Positions 60,136 through 64,000 of a stretch of 64,000 bases of DNA are shown piece after piece. Under the pieces are notes generated by a model. It saw only the letters and a list, made by a program, of their open reading frames with translations, did no database searches and was not told where the DNA came from. Source of the DNA: Guillardia theta CCMP2712 (taxonomy: Eukaryota > Protista > Cryptophyta). A program made the position numbers and the translations under genes. The stretch's first letter is position 1. The number at the start of each line of letters is the position of its first letter. The stretch spans positions 185,154-249,153 of the forward strand of contig NW_005434606.1 of the NCBI RefSeq assembly GCF_000315625.1, given 5' to 3'.

Positions 60136-61895
60136 TGCAGAGGATGCCGCGCGCCCTGGCAGGCGCCATGGTGGCGTCAGTGCTTCTCGCAGGAGCGACT
60201 CTGCTGATCATTGTTCCTTCCTCCTTTGCTCCTGAGCAGGATGAGACAGAGCTGCTGCTGAAGGTTGACCTCGAAGCACACGAACCCTACTCTCCTCCCC
60301 CGAACATGTACCTGTGGTGGGGGCCCTCCACCAACCACAGGTTTGTGGGCAGCGGAGAGCACATTAGGCATCTTCTGCACATGGGCCAGGTTGAAGGAGG
60401 AGAATGGAGGGACCCCATGTTCCTGGGCAACAACGGAGTGGCTACTTTCCGCTCGCAGCGTTTCCGTAAGATCAGCGAGACCTGCTGCAGTACCATTGTT
60501 GTCCCGCCCATGGAGTGGGACTTTCCGGTCTACAACACGCACAAGATGATTGGGCAGAGGATCAGGAACTTCGTTGCCAACGGCAACATGCTTGTCCTCA
60601 CGGGTGGCATCCTGGCTGTTGAGTTCATCAACTCCTACTTCTTCTACAACATCGAACTCGCGGACGGCAACTACAGCCCTGGTCCTTATCGCAGGCTCAA
60701 GGACATCCCAGAGTGCATGATGCAAGGGCCGGAAGTTCTCCCGCAGAAGGGCATCTCAGTGACCGCTGTGAAGAAGGACTCCTTGCCTTCGGGGACTGAG
60801 GTGCTGTGGGGAACCCCCCGGTCAAGCCCTGTCTTCATGATCAAGTTCTGTGAAGCGCAGAGCCCCGACGAGGGCATGCCGCCCACCAAGGTGCTCCCTC
60901 GTGACTGCCCACTGGCGGAGAAAGACGGCAGGCCATGCTCTTGCGGTTACATCATGTACATCGGGTACAACTACCAGGAGCAGTACCCCACTCGATGGGA
61001 CCGAGTCCTCAGGGGAGCCGTTGAGATCATGAGCCCTTCATACAGAACCCCCGCAGGAGGATACAAGGCGAACAAGGAGGTGGTGATCCCGGGGACCCCT
61101 CCCTGCCTGCAGAAGGGCAACAAGAAGTTCGACTGGCCCAACACCGGTGCCTACAGCAGCAGCAAGGTGTCCCAGGAGAACCTGGCTTCCAAGGCCGAGG
61201 AGAAGAAGGGCTCGCGCGGAAGGTGCGGCCGCTGCGACTTGTGTGAGAGGAGCTGAGTTGTCTTGCAGAGTTTCGAAGGCTCTGGTGCAGGCCGATCAGA
61301 AGATCGATGCCCAACAGCAGGAGATTGACGCTCTTGAAAATCAGGTGCTACACCATGTTGTGGATGCATACTTGTTTTTTTGAGGGGTGGAGGGATCATG
61401 GACTGTGCAGTGGTTGTCTCAATTTCTCCTCTATTTCGATGCGATTACTTGTCTTTTGTGAGCGAGCGGTTTCTGACTTTTCTCCCGTCAGGTTCGAACT
61501 TTGTCTCAGCAGCGGGACGAGGCTGCCATGCGACGCAGTGGGAGGGCTTCGAGTGAGAGTCTGCATCAGCTCAAGAGCCAGGCTCATCAGCTCCTTCATG
61601 AAGTCCATGAGCGAGAGGCCAGACGCAGCCGCAAGGACAACACTGAAGCCTCCTTGGTCAAGGCAGTGTCAACCCTTTCAGAGGTGAGAAGTGAAAGCAG
61701 TGACCCGATTGGCTGACGGTAAGCAGGACGTGAAGAGCATTGATACCAAGATGAATCATCTCACTAAGATCGTTTCTTCCCGACACAAGAAGGTTGTTGA
61801 CAAGTATGGGATCCCCAATGGGAACGCATAGACTGCTGGAGGGAGAGGCAAGAACCGAGTTCGACGTGCAGCATCTTGTACAGTACAAAGAATGA
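60136..61895 (+). CDS. Type II membrane/secreted protein with alpha/beta (GATase-like) domain and C-terminal coiled coil
   Basis: Signal-anchor MVASVLLAGATLLIIVP; TIVVP...IRNFVANGNMLVLTGG; short 3' exons encode a coiled coil. Confidence 0.7.
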
Positions 61896-62139
61896 TGCGG
61901 CGGGCGAATGGGCAGTTTGTCACATTTTTTTACCATTCAATTTCATTAATTAACTTGCATCCGAGGACCTGCTAGTAAACTCTTACGCCATGGAAGCTAC
62001 CGTGCTCTTCATTTTTCAAGTGGCCAAGTCATCACGATCTACATCCTTGAAGCCTGCCAGAGGCCTCAGCCGTCTCGCATTTCGCTCGTACGGTCGGGCT
62101 CACTGGATGAGCATAGTTGAAACATTGCGGATACCATTT

Positions 62140-63030
62140 CTATGTATCTACGATCACCACATCGTCCTCAGAGCCATTGTCATCTTGGTTCTCTCTTCCG
62201 TCCACCCCCGCCTGTTTGTCCTGCAGCATCTTCAGCACTGACTTCTTCCGCGGCTCATCTTTGCAGCCTGCCGAAGGGCAGCATGCCCTGACAGGACAAA
62301 CGTCGCAGCTCGGGCGGAGGGGAGTACACACAGTCTGCCCGAAGCTGATGAGAACAAGAGTGAAGTCCACCCGCTCGCTCTCAGGCACCCATTCTTCCAG
62401 CATCCTTCTGCTGTCCTCCGCCTTCCCCCCGTCTGCGCTCTTCACCGCCCACCCCAGCCTGCCCGCCACCCTGTGAACGTGGGTGTCCACTACTAGCCCA
62501 GCTGACTCGTCGCCGAGGCCCACGGAGAGCACAAGGTTTGCGATCTTGGGCCCGACCCCCTCCAGCTGGACAAGGGAGGAAAAGGAGGCAGGGACTCTGC
62601 CGCCATGCCTCTTCTTCAGGCTGACAGCACAGGCATGGATGCTCTTGGCCTTGGTCTTATAGTAGTTGCATGACTTGATGTACGGCTCTAGCTCCGCGGC
62701 CGTCATCGAGCTCACCCGATCGACCGTCAGCTGCCCTCCGAGCCCCTCACGGAGACTCTCGAAGGCCTTGAGAGCAACTGAGTCCAGGCACTGGACGCTG
62801 AGCAGCGCAGCGACAAGGCAGAGGAAGCCTCCTCCCTCCTCGCTCCTGATCCTCATGAGGCAGCGGTGAAAATCCCTGACGGACCCGTTGGGCCGCGACT
62901 CAGAGATGAGACGGAGCACATGCCGCCGATGGCGAACGACAGCATCGCACTCCTCGATGTCCTCAACTTCCTTCCTCTCCTCCTTTATGTCCCTCGATGT
63001 CCCCACCTGCCGCCCGGAGGGTCGTAGCAT
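62140..63030 (-). CDS. nth: Endonuclease III-like HhH-GPD DNA glycosylase with 4Fe-4S motif
   Basis: LVAALLSVQ, LVQLEGVGPKIAN, VVDTHVHRVAGRLGW, FGQTVCTPLRPSCDVCPVRACC; likely start MLRPSG at 63030. Confidence 0.92.
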   Translation of the reverse strand: MLRPSGRQVGTSRDIKEERKEVEDIEECDAVVRHRRHVLRLISESRPNGSVRDFHRCLMRIRSEEGGGFLCLVAALLSVQCLDSVALKAFESLREGLGGQLTVDRVSSMTAAELEPYIKSCNYYKTKAKSIHACAVSLKKRHGGRVPASFSSLVQLEGVGPKIANLVLSVGLGDESAGLVVDTHVHRVAGRLGWAVKSADGGKAEDSRRMLEEWVPESERVDFTLVLISFGQTVCTPLRPSCDVCPVRACCPSAGCKDEPRKKSVLKMLQDKQAGVDGRENQDDNGSEDDVVIVDT

Positions 63031-63119
63031 CTCGACAGCACCGTCTCTGCTCCTTCGGTGAGCAGGAGGTCCTAGAGGCGCCTGAGAGGAGCTGTGCTCT
63101 AGAGCCTCCGACTCACGCC

Positions 63120-63840
63120 CTACATGAGGCTCAACAACGCGAGAGTGAAGCAGGCGGCAACAACCAGCAGCAGCTCCTGGGTCCCGAGCTGCCTTGGCGA
63201 GCTTGCAAGGCCTGTACGTCATGATGGTGAGTGCCCGCTGTTGATATGCTGGCGCAGTGCTGGCTCTCCCACCTGTGATCTGCAGACTCTGATCGCAAGC
63301 TTGCCTTGACTGCATCACCTGGTGGAAGTCAGAGCAAGAGTGAGGAATCAAGAGCCGACTTGTCTTTGGGAGGGGCACGGAGGGTCGCCTGGCTGCCGGA
63401 GCTCTCAGGTCTTTCTTCGGCTGAGCAAAGTGCAAGTCAGAGGGCAGATAGTTCTCAGCATGACTGCAGCAGCTACCTGATACCGGAAAGAGTCCAGATC
63501 TAGCAAGACCTTCTGCATATCAGATCAATCCCCTCGCTCCCTCCAGCAACCCCCCCCCCCCCCACAACTCTCGTGGGGGGGGAGCCGCCTTCCCCTTCAG
63601 CGCCTCCTTCGCTGCTGCTGATGTGCCATAGATCCACTTTTCGAACAAGGTAGTGTTGCTCTCCTTGCCAGCCTCGTCGATGGGCTGCGATCCGGCGCTT
63701 CGCAGGACCTCCCCTGCCACCTGCGCAGGAGCGGATCAGTCATGAATGTGTTGGAGGGAGCAGGGGCAAACCTTCTCTGCTATGTGATCCTCCTTCGACC
63801 CACCGATACCTTTGGCGAAAGACTCTCAGATGCTCCTCCT
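63120..63840 (-). CDS. 3' part of a tail-anchored hypothetical protein
   Basis: Last exon LASSPRQLGTQELLLVVAACFTLALLSLM* (TAG at 63122-63120); upstream exons run into the gap. Confidence 0.4.
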
Positions 63841-63843
63841 CCT

Positions 63844-63943
63844 NNNNNNNNNNNNNNNNNNNNNNNNNNNNNNNNNNNNNNNNNNNNNNNNNNNNNNNNN
63901 NNNNNNNNNNNNNNNNNNNNNNNNNNNNNNNNNNNNNNNNNNN
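63844..63943. other. Assembly gap (100 N)
   Basis: Run of N. Confidence 1.
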
Positions 63944-64000
63944 CCCCCCGCCGGTTTGTTCCCCCTCCCCTCCAGCACAAGCATGTCACTTATCACAAAT

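Noticed and set aside
63031-63435. N-terminal extension of the 431-aa nth ORF
   Set aside because: Better explained as the 3' exons of the upstream gene, which stops at 63120.

Overview
Eukaryotic, gene-dense nuclear DNA with many very short (~45-60 nt) introns, GT-AG and GC-AG plus one apparent GA-AG. The intron style, RWP-RK/Zn2Cys6/SHAQKYF-MYB factors, signal-peptide beta-helix proteins and plastid-type RAP protein suggest a cryptophyte-like alga (inference). About 20 genes are supportable. They include an EF-hand plus multipass membrane protein resembling PHTF/7TM ion channels, PLAC8, an NHL/Cys-rich surface protein, a tandem Zn2Cys6 TF, a RAP/OPR protein, a bacterial-type FadE, endonuclease III, and a Crinkler-like P-loop NTPase + PD-(D/E)xK nuclease with a recently amplified helical-repeat N-terminus. 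Non-coding DNA is strongly structured. GC-rich palindrome-word islands and GGGGT/ACCCC tracts sit mainly on the 5' side of genes, and a conserved ~44-bp motif occurs in both orientations around the RWP-RK gene. Gene models were spliced by eye, so boundaries are approximate. Family calls are from remembered motifs, not database searches.
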